A stretch of DNA of 62,676 nucleotides from Octopus sinensis (lineage: Eukaryota): assembly GCF_006345805.1 (NCBI RefSeq), contig NW_021832390.1, positions 1-62,676 on the forward strand, in the 5' to 3' direction. Both the position numbers and the translations under genes were made by a program. Every line of letters starts with the position of its first letter. Within the stretch, counting starts at the first letter, position 1. Below the pieces are notes generated by a model that worked only from the letters and a program-made list of their open reading frames with translations, was not told where the DNA came from and searched no databases. Below, in pieces: positions 1-14,250 of this stretch.

Positions 1-337
1 TTTCTTCTTTTCATTTTCGTTAACATAATAGATGTGCTGTTGTTGTTATTGTTGTTGTTTGCTGTTGTATTTTTAAGTGTCTACCTGTGAAGTTCTGGGC
101 TGAACTAAACATAACGAATAAGAGCTTATCTCACACTGCCCCCACTAGAGTAAGACCAATATCGTTCCTATCACCGTCGAGCAGTCACTCAAGAAAACCA
201 ACGCACCAGCAACTACCACGCAGTTGTCTCTAATCGCTATCGCAACAATCGCCATCACACACCGCTTTCGAAGCAGACAGTTTCCTTTCATCACAATTCC
301 ATCTTTTGTAGTCTCAACACAGGCAACAACCAAAAGA

Positions 338-410
<73 letters not shown>

Positions 411-414
411 TGTA
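338..414 (+). repeat. (TAG)n microsatellite
   Basis: Pure tagtagtag run; accounts for the poly-Thr ORF 291..515. Confidence 0.95.
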
Positions 415-727
415 GTAAGATTAATAATAATGTTGATGGTGATGATAAGATGACGTTTCACATTTATAGAGAAACACTTAGATCGTTTTGTTTCGTTGTT
501 TGTATATGCATGCATACATGTGTGTGTGTGTGTGTGTGTGCATAACTATACAAGTATATACACAGATGCACAGATATATTTGTTCATATACATATATACA
601 TACATATATATGTATATATATATATATATAATATATATATATATATAATATATATAATATATATATATTACACAAACATAAACACCAAACAATAAATACA
701 TATATATATATAAATGCAATATGAGAC

Positions 728-833
728 ATGAAAAACAAGGACGGGTCATCGGAGTTTTTCCTTTCGTCAGTCGAGTTCCAGAACTCAACTGACGAAAGAA
801 ACTCCGAATGACCCATCATTGTTTTTCCATATC
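728..833. repeat. Imperfect palindrome (~50-bp arms) containing CTGACGA-AA-GAAACTCCGA, a hammerhead-like core lacking helix II
   Basis: gggtcatcggagttt..ctttcgtcagtcgagtt (743-777) is inverted in gaactcaactgacgaaagaaactccgaatgaccc (781-814). The arms extend loosely to 728 and 833. GAAACTCCGA is shared with the 30285-30476 palindrome. Confidence 0.7.
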
Positions 834-952
834 CCTTTCTGTATCATCCAACTGAATGGATGTTTTTTTGCTACCTGTTTGCCTGTTGTCCCATTTTTTG
901 TATTCTTTTTTCATATACATATAGCAGCGTACGTACTTTGGTCTCATACATG

Positions 953-992
<40 letters not shown>

Positions 993-2654
993 TACAGAGA
1001 GAGAGAGAGATGTGTGTGTGTGTAGGCGCGCACGTGCGTGTGTGCATAGTTGCTGGGTCAAATCCCAGGCGTGCAAACAATACTCCATTTTGATCTCGCT
1101 TGAGCTTTCGACAGTATCAGGAACCGATGCTGGCTGAGGTATGTTCTTACTCAAAAGAAAACTAATCCTTCAAATGAAGACCCAACTATATTGTTGATGT
1201 GTTTTCGCCGAACATATCCTCGCTAATTGCGATGACTAACAAGCGATCATGAAAGTTGCTGCTGGTCCCAATTGTTCCCTGAAGAGAAAGACGTGAAAGA
1301 AACAAAACTTGTTTGTCCCCAGTTGGGTTGAGCGTTCATTGACTAAACTAAAATTAATAAAGGAATTTAATTTGGGATATCAACAACAACAACAACAAGA
1401 ATTCCATTGTTCTACTGAAAAGAAAAATTGCCATCACAGCAATTCCAATGACATCACTCGCCCCGCTAGAACACATTTACCTTATCAAAAAGATGGAATA
1501 TAATCCCTAATATATTTCTCGCTAGCAGTAGTAGTATGAGTAATTGTTGGTGATTCCTTATTGGTGGTGGATGATACCATTGTACTACTCAGGTGACAAC
1601 CCTCCAACCCATGAATCTGTTTGGGGTTCGTCGAGGGTTTTACGAGGTCGGAGTGCAAACCCTACCTCGACATCTTTTAGTCACCTTTTATAAAAGATGG
1701 GATGCTCATAGCTTGAAAACATTTCATCAATGAATCTTCTCAATCACGGACTGACCTGGGGCTAAACAACAATCGAAACTCAAAACAAAGGATATTAACG
1801 AAAGAAATAGACTCAGGGTTATAAAATGCACTATTAGCGACATAAAGGGGGTTAAAAACGAACATGGTCATAAAGAATAGCAGAATAACAACAAATATTT
1901 ACGCAACATTTACAACTTCACGCTCTTCTGAAAAGAAGGGAAAAAACCACATATATGAGACCAAAAAAAAGGAAAGAAAATGTCGGAAAAATAGAAAGCA
2001 TAATTGTACTTCAGATTTTGTGAGTGAAATTTATTAGCTATTGTGTTGCGTTTGTTCTGTTTCAAAAGATTTGTTCTTTCTGACTGTAATCACACCATTA
2101 ATCAACCATGTTCTATTGAATTTATATATTATCATAGACAACAGTGTTTAGATGTCTTCAGATGCTTCCGGCGGCTTTCTTTTTATTTCATGTCGAAACA
2201 TTTTCGCTCAACGTTGATTGGATTAAAACATTTTTAACGTATTTTAATATATGTCGCTGGTGCCATACTTTTCTTGTCTGCGCAAAACTGTGAAATGTTT
2301 CCTGCCAATAATTCAAATTCGCTACAGTTGCAATTTAAGTTAAAACCAATGTTAGAAAAGTAACAAAAGTCACAAATGTTATTATTGCAACGTCTGTTAA
2401 TTTTCTGAGGAGGTGCGGTGTCATAATTGGTTTTCTTCTTTCGTTTGTTGCTATTTAGACACAGGTGAGTCGTGATCAAAGACTTTGATCATTGCATCTA
2501 ATCCACTCATTGTAGAATGTGTCCTACATTTCTGAATAAGATATTCTGCAATTTGGCAACTAGTTTTACCATGACCGACCCCGTAGAAGTCACCTCATGT
2601 GTGGTGTTGATGATGTCCACAATCGTTATTTGATTTTCTACTGGTCCTCTTTAG

Positions 2655-2945
2655 TGAGGTTGCGAGTTCGATTCCCGGACTGGGCTGCGTGTTGTGTTCT
2701 AGAGCAAGACACTTTATTTCACGTTGCTCCAGTTCACTCAGCTGTAGAAATGAGTTGTGACGTCACTGGTGCCAAGCTGTATCGACTTTTGCTTTTCCCT
2801 TGGATAACATCGATGGCGGGAGAAGAGAGCCTGGTATGCAAGGGCGACTGTTGGTCTTCGATAAAACTACCTTGCACGGACTTGTGCCTCGGAGGGTAAC
2901 TTTCTAGGTGCAATCCCATGGTCAGTCATGACTGAAGGGGGTCTC
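2655..2945 (+). mobile_element. tRNA-derived CORE-type SINE (5'-eroded)
   Basis: B-box-like GAGTTCGATTCC, then gtgttctagagcaagacactttatttcacgttgctccagttcactcagctgtagaaatgag, which resembles the CORE domain of MIR-like SINEs. Confidence 0.7.
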
Positions 2946-3146
2946 ACCTAACTGGTCCTCTTTCACTTATTCTGTAACAACCATAAACAAATTACGTGCA
3001 TGTCACTAATTCATAGATCCGAAATTCCGAGTTCAAATGACAGACGGGTAAAAAGTCACTTCTTAGTTACCTCTTAGTGGGATACAGAACTATCTGTTTT
3101 TATTTCATTTGAGTTTTGGGTGTGTGTTTGTGTGTGTGTGTGTGAG

Positions 3147-3182
<36 letters not shown>

Positions 3183-3488
3183 GTGTGTGGTGTGTGTGTT
3201 GTGCGGGCATCTATATCTATGTAAACAGACAGACAGATCTTCATTGCCTTTCAATATGATATGAAGCCACGGGACTCCGGAGAAAGGCTACCCTAGTGGA
3301 AGCGAACTGACTGCCATTTTATACGAAATACCATATCTCAACAATTTCCATTATTTCGATGTCCATATTTCGGAGGAACATGTATCAGTTTCGCGTGTCA
3401 TTCCAAGGTTACGAATCAGTTTTATATGAGAAGTGACCGTCAAATGTCGCTAATGATATAAGGCTTTTCCTTTCTGGCCCTGACATGT

Positions 3489-3885
3489 TCTTTTCTACTC
3501 AAGGCACAAGGCCAGAAATTTTGGGGGAGGGGGACAGTCGATTAGATCGACCTCAGTACGCAACTGGTACTTAATTAATTGACGCCCGAAAGGATGAAAG
3601 GTAAAGTTGACCGGCGAAATTTAAACTCTGGACATAGTGGCAGACGAAATGCCTATTTCTTTACTACCCACAAGGGGCTAAACACAGAGAGGACAAACAA
3701 GGACAGACAAACGGATTAAGTGGATTACATCGACCTCAGTGCGTAACTAGTACTTGTTTAATCGACCCCGAAAGGATGAAAGGCAAAGTCGACCTTGGCG
3801 GAATTTGAACTCAGAACGTTTACGGCAGACGAAATACGGCTATGCATTTCACCTGGCGTGCTAACGTTTCTGCCCGCTCGCCGCC
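3489..3885 (-). mobile_element. SINE family A, dimeric form (head+body+tail B fused to second body+tail A)
   Basis: Reverse complement reads ggcgagc..gcagaaacgttagcacgcc..tgagttcaaattccgcc..gtcgactttgcctttcatcctttcggggtcga; the body occurs twice; junction at ~3650. Confidence 0.9.
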
Positions 3886-4014
3886 TTTCTGACCCCCGTC
3901 ATGTTAACCAATGACAAGTTTATAGAAAAAAAAAAACTATCGTAAGAATAATTTTGCCCTCTTCCGCATGATTTTTAGAAATGTTTATGCGAGAAAGAGA
4001 GAGAACGAAAGTGA

Positions 4015-4150
4015 ATCGATATACTTGGCTGGTACTTTATTTATCGATCCTAACCGCCGTGGAAACGATGAAAGACAAAGTTGACTTCAACATTTAAACT
4101 GAGAACACATACGACCGGAATATATTCCACTGATGCTCTACCGCCTCTGT
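4015..4150 (-). mobile_element. Degenerate SINE family A fragment
   Basis: ctggtactttatttatcgatcc...gatgaaagacaaagttgac resembles the family A body. Confidence 0.5.
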
Positions 4151-4849
4151 CTTTTAACTTTAACTGATACATGTGAAACAACGACGCCGCAAGAGAATCG
4201 AACACGAATTGCTGGCTCCATCTGATGGGAGCTCGACGCTCCATTCTTTGTAATTGTTTCTCTTCAGGTAATTAGCATCGGTTCTGGCGGATAAAAAAGA
4301 AACAAATTAAGTGAAATCGATGTTTCTGTATTATAGACAGAGCAACATTATCTATTGCAGGAATAAAAAGATAGGCCTGAGGCATTGCTACATGTGTTCA
4401 CACACACACACGTAGACACACATGCAAACATGTGGCGTGCATGTGCACATACATGCTTATAGACTCGTTCGTACTTGTGCATACCTGCTGCACACATATA
4501 CAGCTTGTGCTCACAGTGACACATTGAAATAAAATTAATTTCTCTATTTTCTCGCAACAATACAGTGTTTTAGTTGTCAGGGAGAAAGAAAAAAAAACGA
4601 TGAAAAAGAAGAAAAAGAGGAGGAAAAGAAGTAAAGGAGGAGATGAAAGACTCATATTCGATCTTGTGTGCTGTAGTATTGATTTGTAATCAAAGCTGAA
4701 ATATAGGACAGCTGTGACACGTGGAAAAATGGCGTAAAAAGATCAAAAAATGGAAGTTAACATCTGGGAGTATGTCTAATGAAATTTAATAGTTCGCTCT
4801 GCTGGAGTATAGGTGTCGCTCTAGACGGCTAATGAAACTGGAGAACCTA

Positions 4850-5480
4850 CTGCCACCGCTACCACTACCACCACTACTATTACTGTTACTACTACTACTA
4901 CTACTGCTACTACTACCACCAAAACACGCACTATTACATCTAATACAGCAAATACCAGTACTTTTACTACTACCAATATCACCACAAGCACTATTACTAC
5001 AACTACTACTACTATTACTACTACTACTACCAATGGTACTGTTACTACTACTACTACTACTATTACTACTACTGCCACTGCTACTATTACTACTACCATT
5101 ACCAACACTACTACGACAAGTACATTTACTACTACTACTACCACTACTACTACTACCACTACTACTACTACTACTACTACACGCACCAATATTTTATTAC
5201 TACTACTACGAGTACCACCACCACAGGTACTATTACATCTACAACCACAAACACCATTTTGTTTACTACTACTAGCACTACCACTACCACCTAAACACCA
5301 TTAGTACTACCTGCATAGTTACTATATCAACAACATCTAAAGTTACAACTACTACCTACACTAGTATGAGCAGTAGCAGGAACTACGTCACCAGCAGCAC
5401 CACCACCACGACCACCACCAGCTTTGATCCAACTACCACTTCTACAACCACCACTACCATTACTGCTATTACCAAAACAA
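4850..5480 (+). repeat. Cryptic (ACT/ACC)n trinucleotide low-complexity tract
   Basis: Degenerate actactact/accacc runs; source of the poly-Leu, poly-Val and poly-Thr ORFs. Confidence 0.9.
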
Positions 5481-5796
5481 CCACCGATAAAATCAACACC
5501 CCGTATACAAGACCCTCTGTCACCACCAACTACAACATCAGCCACAACATTAGGACAAGCGCAAGGAGCGTTATAAACAAGTCAATAAGGAAAACTTCAA
5601 GAGGAATGGAAATCAGGGCGACACCAATTCTATCCCGTCATTCCGTATTACTTGCAAATGTCGTTTCGTCATTAAATGATTGTTTCTGTAGAACTTTGGT
5701 GAAATTAGGACATGCTCATAGTAATTGGAACATATACGTAATTCTCTCTCTCTCTCTCTCTCTGTTTCTCTCTCTCTCTCACTTTATAAATATGTG

Positions 5797-5845
<49 letters not shown>

Positions 5846-5850
5846 ATGTG

Positions 5851-5900
<50 letters not shown>

Positions 5901-6659
5901 TATATATTATATATATATATATATTATATATATATATATATATATACATATTTATATACATATACATATACATATATCAATACATATATAATCAACAACA
6001 GACCAAGTAGAAACTACTCTGACAAGTGAAGTTAATCGCCTCATCAAAGTGACTGTTTCATGTTTCTACTAGTTTAACCCCATTCGCCATGTTGGACCGC
6101 TGAATTCTTCAAGTTTTTTTTTTTCTTTCTCTGTAATTCATGTAAATGTCTATCTTAAACAATTCTGTATCTTCCCTATCATACGATGTGGTTGGATGAT
6201 AAGGTACTTTATCTGAGTAATAAGTTACCTGCACGGATTCCATACTCCTATTCTTTTGCGTTATACATACACTCACTCACACACACACACACACACTGGG
6301 ACGAGTACAACATTACACAAGAAAGTGCTCAATGCGTTATCGTTGTAGAGTAGTTGCTATATCTTTTATTCTTCAGGTGATACCGTACAAATGTTGAATT
6401 GTTTCAATACATTCTTGTATTCCTCCAGAAGCCAGGATGGCATTATGTTCTGATTACATTAAGAGGAAGACAAGTGGATCTGGAATATTTTGACATTTAT
6501 GGTGATATTCAACGAGGAACTGGTTCACTAGTTCGAACAACCAGTAGAGACACATCGATGAAACAGTCACGGAATTCATGCACTTTGGTTTTACGAGGAC
6601 ATTAATATATACACATAACACTTATGAATACATACATACATACATATATATGTAATATA

Positions 6660-6762
<103 letters not shown>

Positions 6763-7271
6763 TGTATGTAGGTATATTTGTATGGTTGTAAATGTGTGTA
6801 TACGAATATATGTGTAGAATAAATATATGTGTGTTTCAATTTCTTGCGTTTCTCTGAGACAATTATTCAGGCACGAACTATAATATTATGACAAGAAGTC
6901 GACATAACGGCCAAGATGTCATCTTATAAATTTTGATTGTTCCACTTTGAATTTACAAGACAGACAAGCAGATGCCAAAGGCCAAATTCAAAGGAAGACA
7001 GAAGACTAGCTCACGGGTGGGTGTGTGGGTGTGTACGTGTGTGTGTATGTGTGTTTGCGTGCATGTGTGTGTGTGCCTCTGTCTGTTTCTTTGCAACATG
7101 GTGTGTTTTAGAAAATCTAACGTCAATTACATACACACACACATGTATATATATTTAAATATATAGATATATGCGTGTGTTTGTGTGTGTGCTGTATGTA
7201 AAAGGGTATGTACATATATATATATATATACATATATATAATATATATATAATATATATATATTATATATA

Positions 7272-7302
<31 letters not shown>

Positions 7303-7541
7303 GAGTGTATTCATATATACCATATATGCTTGTGAATGTATCTGTATATATATATATATATATTGAACGTGTACTGAACTCACTATCCATTATCATTCTC
7401 ACATTTTCTACTCAAATTTATGTTGTGATCAATATTCCTGTGTTTGCCAATACAAGACTCCTCGCAGCGTACACTACATAATGAAACCTTAATTGTAAAA
7501 CCAACTCTAAAATGAATGTACAAACTTTTACATATGCACAA

Positions 7542-7579
<38 letters not shown>

Positions 7580-7615
7580 GCTTACACACATAAAAGCATA
7601 TGTACCTATACTCTC

Positions 7616-7676
7616 TTACTCTTTTACTTGTTTCAGTCATTTGACTGCGACCATGCAGGAGCACCACCTTTAGTCG
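7616..7676 (-). mobile_element. 3' tail fragment of CORE SINE family B
   Basis: ttactcttttacttgtttcagtcatttgactgcgaccatgc..gcaccacctttagtcg is the reverse complement of the tail seen at 49800-49858 and 50990-51053. Confidence 0.85.
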
Positions 7677-8138
7677 TCCTTCAGCAACAGCACCACCTGA
7701 TAAGCTCAGTGACTTTTACTGAATTTAGGCCACAGCAGACAGAGAGGATGGTCTTGAAGCTGAGGATTTTGAAATTACTGAGAAAATATTTACATATCTT
7801 CCGGGGAAACTCAACTAGATCTCGTAATGCAGGGGAACTGTTGCATAGTCAAGTACCTGCACACCTGGAGAACTAAGTTGCATAGAAACAATTGTAGTGA
7901 TTAAATAGTAAATGTCCAACCGTACTCCTTCTTGCTGACTGCAAGCTTTTTCCAACTGTCTATCCATACACGACAGATGCCCAAGCGCAAACCTGGAAGT
8001 ACATATAATACTACTTCTGGATAGCACAGGTAAATCTGGAGGTAGACAAACTCTACATTGTATTCTACTACGTTCTTACCAGAATAGACCATAACTATAT
8101 ATATATAAGTATATGCACACACATATGCATATGAATAT

Positions 8139-8187
<49 letters not shown>

Positions 8188-8834
8188 TATACACACACAC
8201 ATATAAATATGTATATATTCATACGCATTATATATGTTCTATATATATATATATACATACATACATACATGCATGCATACACGTGTGCGTGTAGATACGT
8301 GATTATGGTTATGTATATAATGAGTGAGAGAGAAAGAGCGAAAGAGAACTGGCATGTATATATACTCCAAGGTATACACATTTATTAATAAAATATATCA
8401 GATTGACAGTCATTCAACTAAATCGTGCCTCATTTTCTTTACATATTTCAAAAAATTTATTCATACTTTTTAGATTCTTCCATAATTGTAACTAGGTTTT
8501 TTTTCTTTGTATTTTCGCATTTTTTTTGTTACATAGAATCTTGACAATTGTTAAATAAATTGCCAGAAATTCTTTATAAACTTTCTGAGATTTTTCCATA
8601 TGTATAGTTTTCCTTTTTTTATTTTTTTTCAATTTCTCTCTGTGCATGATGGAAACAATTTAATCATTGATTTTAAACCTATTCCAGTGAACATTAACCT
8701 TCTAATGTGTCATATTTATTGAATTACATTATTTCAGCCACGTATAATCAAAACCTTATGTTAACGTTTGAAATACTTGTACTGACATCCTTGTACTGTT
8801 TTCCGACAATCAAAAGTAACCCCTTCGTCTAACA

Positions 8835-9169
8835 CAAGGGTTCCAACACTTATTTTGCTTGTGGACCCCTTGAGAGCTATCTTATCATTTGTGCACCCCA
8901 TATATGGACATGTTAATTTTTGAAATAAAATATTTGTAGGTTAGTAAAAACTAACAATGAAACAATTTCATTATATTCATAACTGAAATTCCAAATAGAA
9001 ATCTTGAAAATTTCAATTAATACAGGGTACCTCTCCCAGTAAACAAAAGTTATATATGGACCCATGAATTACAACGTTTTACTCGTGGATCCCTTAAAGA
9101 TTCTGTGGACCCTCTTAAATATTATGTGGACCTCTGGGAGTCAATGTGGACCCCGGTTGGAAATTCTTG
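8835..9169. mobile_element. hAT (Charlie-like) MITE
   Basis: Degenerate TIRs caagggttccaac / gttggaaattcttg; flanks gtctaaca / gtctaaat (6/8 match, resembles the NTCTAGAN 8-bp TSD of Charlie elements); repeated subterminal gtggaccc motifs at both ends. Confidence 0.7.
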
Positions 9170-9650
9170 GTCTAAATCTATTGAAATGCTTCCCTTCTTG
9201 ATTAGAATTTTTCTTCTTAGAGTCGAAACCATAGTGATTTCTAATACAGCAGCTAATGAAGGGGGTGTCCAGCTTAAATATTGTTGTGATATTTGTGCAG
9301 TTGTTTACACATTCTCCCTTTTTCCTCGACTAAAACTATTTTAAGTCCTTCAGCATACTAATGTTACCTCTGACTGCAATACTAATTGTTTCAGCTTCTT
9401 CCATTGCTTGTTATGGCACCAGATAGAATTTATTTGATTCTAATGTGTCTTATTTTTATATTATGGTTTTTAAAGGTTTTATATTTAATTAGATCAAGGG
9501 CAGATAACCAGTTTGTTGTTAGCATTAGTTCATCAGAAATTTTGTGAGGTATAGGATTTAGTTGATTAGGTATTTACTAGAAATTTTGGTGAATATTTGA
9601 AACAAATATGCACATACACACATATTCATTAGCACATAGACACAGCACAG

Positions 9651-9687
<37 letters not shown>

Positions 9688-9954
9688 GAAGAGTACAGAA
9701 ATATACTTAAAATATATAATTTTAAAACTTTGAAGTCTGTTGATTCAATTCAATATCCCAGAAGAGGTTGAGAAAAGGTAAAATTTCTGTTTGAGAAAAG
9801 CTAAACTTTGAATTTGTTTGACGCAAGTCTATTGTTGGTGCAATCCAGTCTAGTTAAGAACCACCCTAAAAGACTTCTTCACTGCGAGATGGTAAAACGA
9901 AAACAAGAGAAAGGAAAACTGAGGCAACAGCAATAACAACGGCACCAGGCCCCA

Positions 9955-10062
9955 CTTTGCCTTTCATTTTCTGGGACAGCGATGAAACAAATACCAGTTG
10001 ATCACTGTATTTGACGAACACCCTCGCTCAAAATTGCAGGGTTCTTGTCTATAGTAGAAAGG
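9955..10062 (+). mobile_element. Degenerate SINE family A 3' part ending in an (ATT)n tail
   Basis: tttgcctttcattttctgg...aaaattgcagggttcttgtctatagtagaaagg-attattatt resembles tail A (compare 11550-11577). Confidence 0.65.
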
Positions 10063-10115
<53 letters not shown>

Positions 10116-10123
10116 CATTATTA

Positions 10124-10154
<31 letters not shown>

Positions 10155-10226
10155 TAATTATATTATTATTATTATTATTATTAATTTTATTATTATTATT
10201 GTTATTATTATTATTATTATTATTAA

Positions 10227-10260
<34 letters not shown>
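10063..10260 (+). repeat. (ATT)n microsatellite; continues at 10781-10850 on the far side of the R4/Dong insertion
   Basis: Direct sequence. Confidence 0.95.
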
Positions 10261-10780
10261 TTCTTCTTTCAAATTGCTTCCATTTCTTGCCGAGTGTCTT
10301 CCCGACTCCTAGGGCCAAAGAAACTCATAGTATACATTGGTAGGCCATTAAACCAAACTCAATAGTTCGTTCATTTTTTTTTTTTTTTTAAGTTAAATTA
10401 AAATACATGAGCAGCAACAGTTCTCATATCGACAATGCTCTTCTCAATACGTGTGATGTACCAGTTAAGACAATCTTTTGCACTTCTTGCAGGGATGGTA
10501 AGCCAGGATCATTCTCATATAATTTTCGGTTCCCTTCTTGATCATTCCTAGTGCTCCTACGATCACTGGTATTGTAACCGCCTTGAGATGCCACATTTTC
10601 TCAATTTCAATGAGTAGGTCTTTATATTTTCTGAGCTTGTCAAACTCTTTCGCTGAGATATTATGATCACAGGAGATGCTCATGTCGATCAATAAGCAAA
10701 CTTTATTGTTTTGGTCTTTCACAACAATATCTGGTTTATTGGCCTTGATGGTTCGGTCTGTATGTATTGGAAAGTCCCAA

Positions 10781-10781
<1 letters not shown>
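10261..10781 (-). mobile_element. 5'-truncated R4/Dong-clade non-LTR retrotransposon (RLE C-terminus + 3' UTR)
   Basis: Translation WDFPIHTDRTIKANKPDIVVKDQNNKVCLLIDMSISCDHNISAKEFDKLRKYKDLLIEIEKMWHLKAVTIPVIVGALG has a PD..D restriction-like endonuclease signature. After a frameshift it reads ..SHVLRRALSI* (stop 10424-10426). (TAA)n on both sides. Confidence 0.85.
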
Positions 10782-10841
<60 letters not shown>

Positions 10842-11180
10842 ATTATTATCAATTTATCTTCTCGGGAAGATAATTACCCAGATCGATTTGCGTGGCATAA
10901 AATACGCCATTAATGCATGTAAACAATTTGTGGAGAGGAAACATAACAATAAAAGAATTATGTAATTCTGCAATCAACAGACACATTGCTCAAATCCCTG
11001 GCAAAATCAAAATCACCATAATGTGCCCATAATGACAACATCTACCGGGTTTCAAATTACATTCACCCATCGCAAATAGATGCAGCTTCTATATATCTTT
11101 TAATTCTCGCTTTCGTTTCAGAATCCTTTCTTCTTCAAGCATTCATACGTCGAAATCGGCGCGGGAGTGAGCATTTTTAT

Positions 11181-11990
11181 GCGGCGAGCTGGCAGAATCG
11201 TTAGCACGCCGGGCGAAATGCTTGTGGTATTTCGTCCGCCGCTGCGTTGGATTTCAAATTCCACCGAGGTCGACTTTGCCTTACATCCTTTCGGGGTCGA
11301 TTAAATAAGTACCAGTTACGCACTGGGGTTGATGTAATCGACTTAATCCGTTCGTCTGTCCTCGTTTGTCCTCTCTGTGTGTAGCCCCTTGTGGGTAGTA
11401 AAGAAATAGGTATTCCATCTGTCTCTATGTTCTGAGTTCAAACTCCGCCGAGGTCCACTTTGCCTTTTATCCATTCGGGGTTGATAATTCAAGTACTAGT
11501 TACGCACTGGAGTCAATGTAATCAATTATCCCCCTCTCCACATAATCCAGGCCTTGTGCCTATAGTAGAAAGGATTAATTACTTCCAAAGGCAGTGAGCT
11601 GGCAGAAACGCTAGCACGCCGGGCGAAATGCTTAGCAGTATTTCGTCTGTCGCTACGTTGTGAATTCAAATTCAGCCGAGGTCGACTTTGACTTTCATCC
11701 TTTCGGGACGATAAATTAAGTACCAGTTGCGTACTAGGGTTGATGTAATCGACTGGCCCCCTTCCCCAAAATTTCGGACCTTGTGCCCAGAGTAGAAAAG
11801 AATTGTTATCACGCCGAGCGAAATACTTAGCGGTATTTCGTCAGCCGCTATGTTCTGAGTTCAAATTCCGCAGAGGTCAACTTTGCCTTTGATCCTTTCG
11901 GGGTCGATAAATCAAATACCAGTTACGCACTGGGGTCGATGTAATTGACTAATCCCCGCCACTAAAATTCCAGGCCTTGTCGAAAGGTTT
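11181..11990 (+). mobile_element. Cluster of three SINE family A units: dimer 11181-11577, monomer ~11591-11800, truncated monomer ~11810-11990
   Basis: Repeated ggcgagctggcagaa..gttagcacgccgggcgaaatgctt heads and gtcgactttgcctttcatcctttcggggtcga bodies. Confidence 0.9.
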
Positions 11991-12257
11991 ATTATTTACC
12001 TCTCTCCGTGCAATACATGTTTTTGTCGAGTCCTGTAAGTTACGAAAATGTTCCTATAGTTTGGCATTGTAGGATTTTGTTATTCTTCATTGTGCTTCTT
12101 GCTGATTAATTTATCCCTAATTACAGGTATTGCTAATTAATACGCTCATAATTAGATGGCACATTTAGCTAGGAGATACATAATTAAAGGGATACTACTT
12201 AATAACATTCACAAAATTAAAGTATATTACTAATATATACACATCTAATTGGGACTC

Positions 12258-12321
<64 letters not shown>

Positions 12322-12323
12322 CT

Positions 12324-12355
<32 letters not shown>

Positions 12356-13106
12356 AATAGCATTAAAATGAACATAGCTAAAAGGTCTTACAAATAATGT
12401 GTTTGTGCCTGTGTATGTGTTTGTGTGTGTGTGTGTATGTGTGTGTGTGTGTGTGTGTGCATATAGGGTGTTATTCTCTATTACTAATTAATATATACAC
12501 CACCCTAGAGGCCGATGTTAACGTATGTATACACGCTGTCCGTGCGTTGTTTACATTAGTTTTCATGGTAGAATTTAATATTTGAAATTCTCTCTCCAGA
12601 AACTCCTCCCACTCCTCCCACTCTTCTTCTTCCTCCTCCTCTCCTCCTCGCCTCCTCCTCCTGACTTCCACTGATTAAATCTGTATTTTCTTTCGCATCA
12701 CTCTGGCGAAATATCTAATTAACTCCAGAAAAGAGCAAATGCAAAAATGATATTCTCTCTTTCTTTATTTTTTTCTATTTGTATTTATTTCGTTTCCTAA
12801 TGATTTTTTAAATGATATTATATAGTTTTAAACTCATTAATATAATTGTGGAGTCTTTTTTTTTTCTTATTTCTTTTTATTTATTAATTAATAGAAGAAT
12901 GAAGAATGCCTCCAGGGCACCAACTATGACGTCACCTTCAACTTACCATATAAGGAGGAGCTCACATCGGTCTAACATGGCCTGGTGTTATCCACACACT
13001 TATTGATTTCGTTTAACGATTTAATGATGTAGGTGGACAAATATCAACGCGTGAAGATAGATATTGTAACATGTTGGTATTATGAGAAAGATAAAAGAGT
13101 GCTCAC

Positions 13107-13189
13107 AAAGTTTGCAACATGTCCTTTTCGAGGTGGTCATATTGATGCGGCTGGTGGTCAATATGGACATCGACTGGATTCTTTTCTCG
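13107..13189 (-). other. Candidate 83-nt exon, product unknown
   Basis: Acceptor gttttataccag and donor ttt|gtgagc; two frames are open (REKNPVDVHIDHQPHQYDHLEKDMLQT or EKRIQSMSILTTSRINMTTSKRTCCKL). No recognisable homology. Confidence 0.2.
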
Positions 13190-13298
13190 CTGGTATAAAA
13201 CGATAATCCGGCACTGAACTCTTCTAAAGCCCATTGGAGAAACAGATAATTGTATCACGTACGGGTATATATACATATATACAGGTATAAATACATAC

Positions 13299-13370
<72 letters not shown>

Positions 13371-13473
13371 TTAGGGAGTATAACTCCCTAATATATTAGG
13401 GAGTATATTCAATTTAGTACTGAGTTGCATAATAGTGGTTTTATCTCTAATCTATATTTTATATAAATATATA

Positions 13474-13549
<76 letters not shown>

Positions 13550-13584
13550 CATATATATATATATAAATATATACATATATAAAA

Positions 13585-13790
13585 TGTGACCGCGTGTGTA
13601 CCGTTGGCGATTTTTTTCCTCTGTCTCCCTTCTTCTGGATCTTTCCTTCTTCTATGTTCTGACGAAGATCTCCGCTCGAAACGTTAAACCCTCCTTCTTC
13701 CCTTCCTCCTGAGCGTCCAATAATACTACATTTGTTCCACCGTCCTCGCGTTGTAGTGTTTTCTCTTGTGTTTTCATGTTTGGATTAACT
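13585..13790 (+). mobile_element. Short repeat with hammerhead motif (probable Penelope-like pLTR derivative), family H1
   Basis: Similar along its length to 51154-51354; both copies start tgtgaccgcgtgtgta, end ttaact, and sit in (TA)n. Confidence 0.75.
13655..13689 (+). ncRNA. Minimal type-I hammerhead ribozyme motif (slightly decayed)
   Basis: gtt CTGACGA A GATC-tcc-GCTC GAAAC GTT aaac. The sister copy at 51221-51255 has GAGC-tcc-GCCC and attt/aaat, so the combined consensus gives a GAGC/GCTC helix II and a 4-bp helix I. Confidence 0.65.
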
Positions 13791-13791
13791 T

Positions 13792-14250
<459 letters not shown>

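Noticed and set aside
6377-6605. Possible exon (LFQYILVFLQKPG.., faintly BTB-like)
   Set aside because: The best acceptor (6376) leads into a stop in that frame, the resemblance is only a few residues, and there is no donor.
11181-11260. tRNA genes at SINE heads (also 38880, 46180, 49450, 24945, 44833)
   Set aside because: A/B-box-like motifs continue into SINE bodies and do not form complete cloverleaves.
13370-13406. Tiny hairpin and direct repeat tattagggagtataactccctaata-tattagggagtata
   Set aside because: Too short to assign; probably a slippage or fold-back remnant of an H2-like end (compare ccctaatat at 14242).
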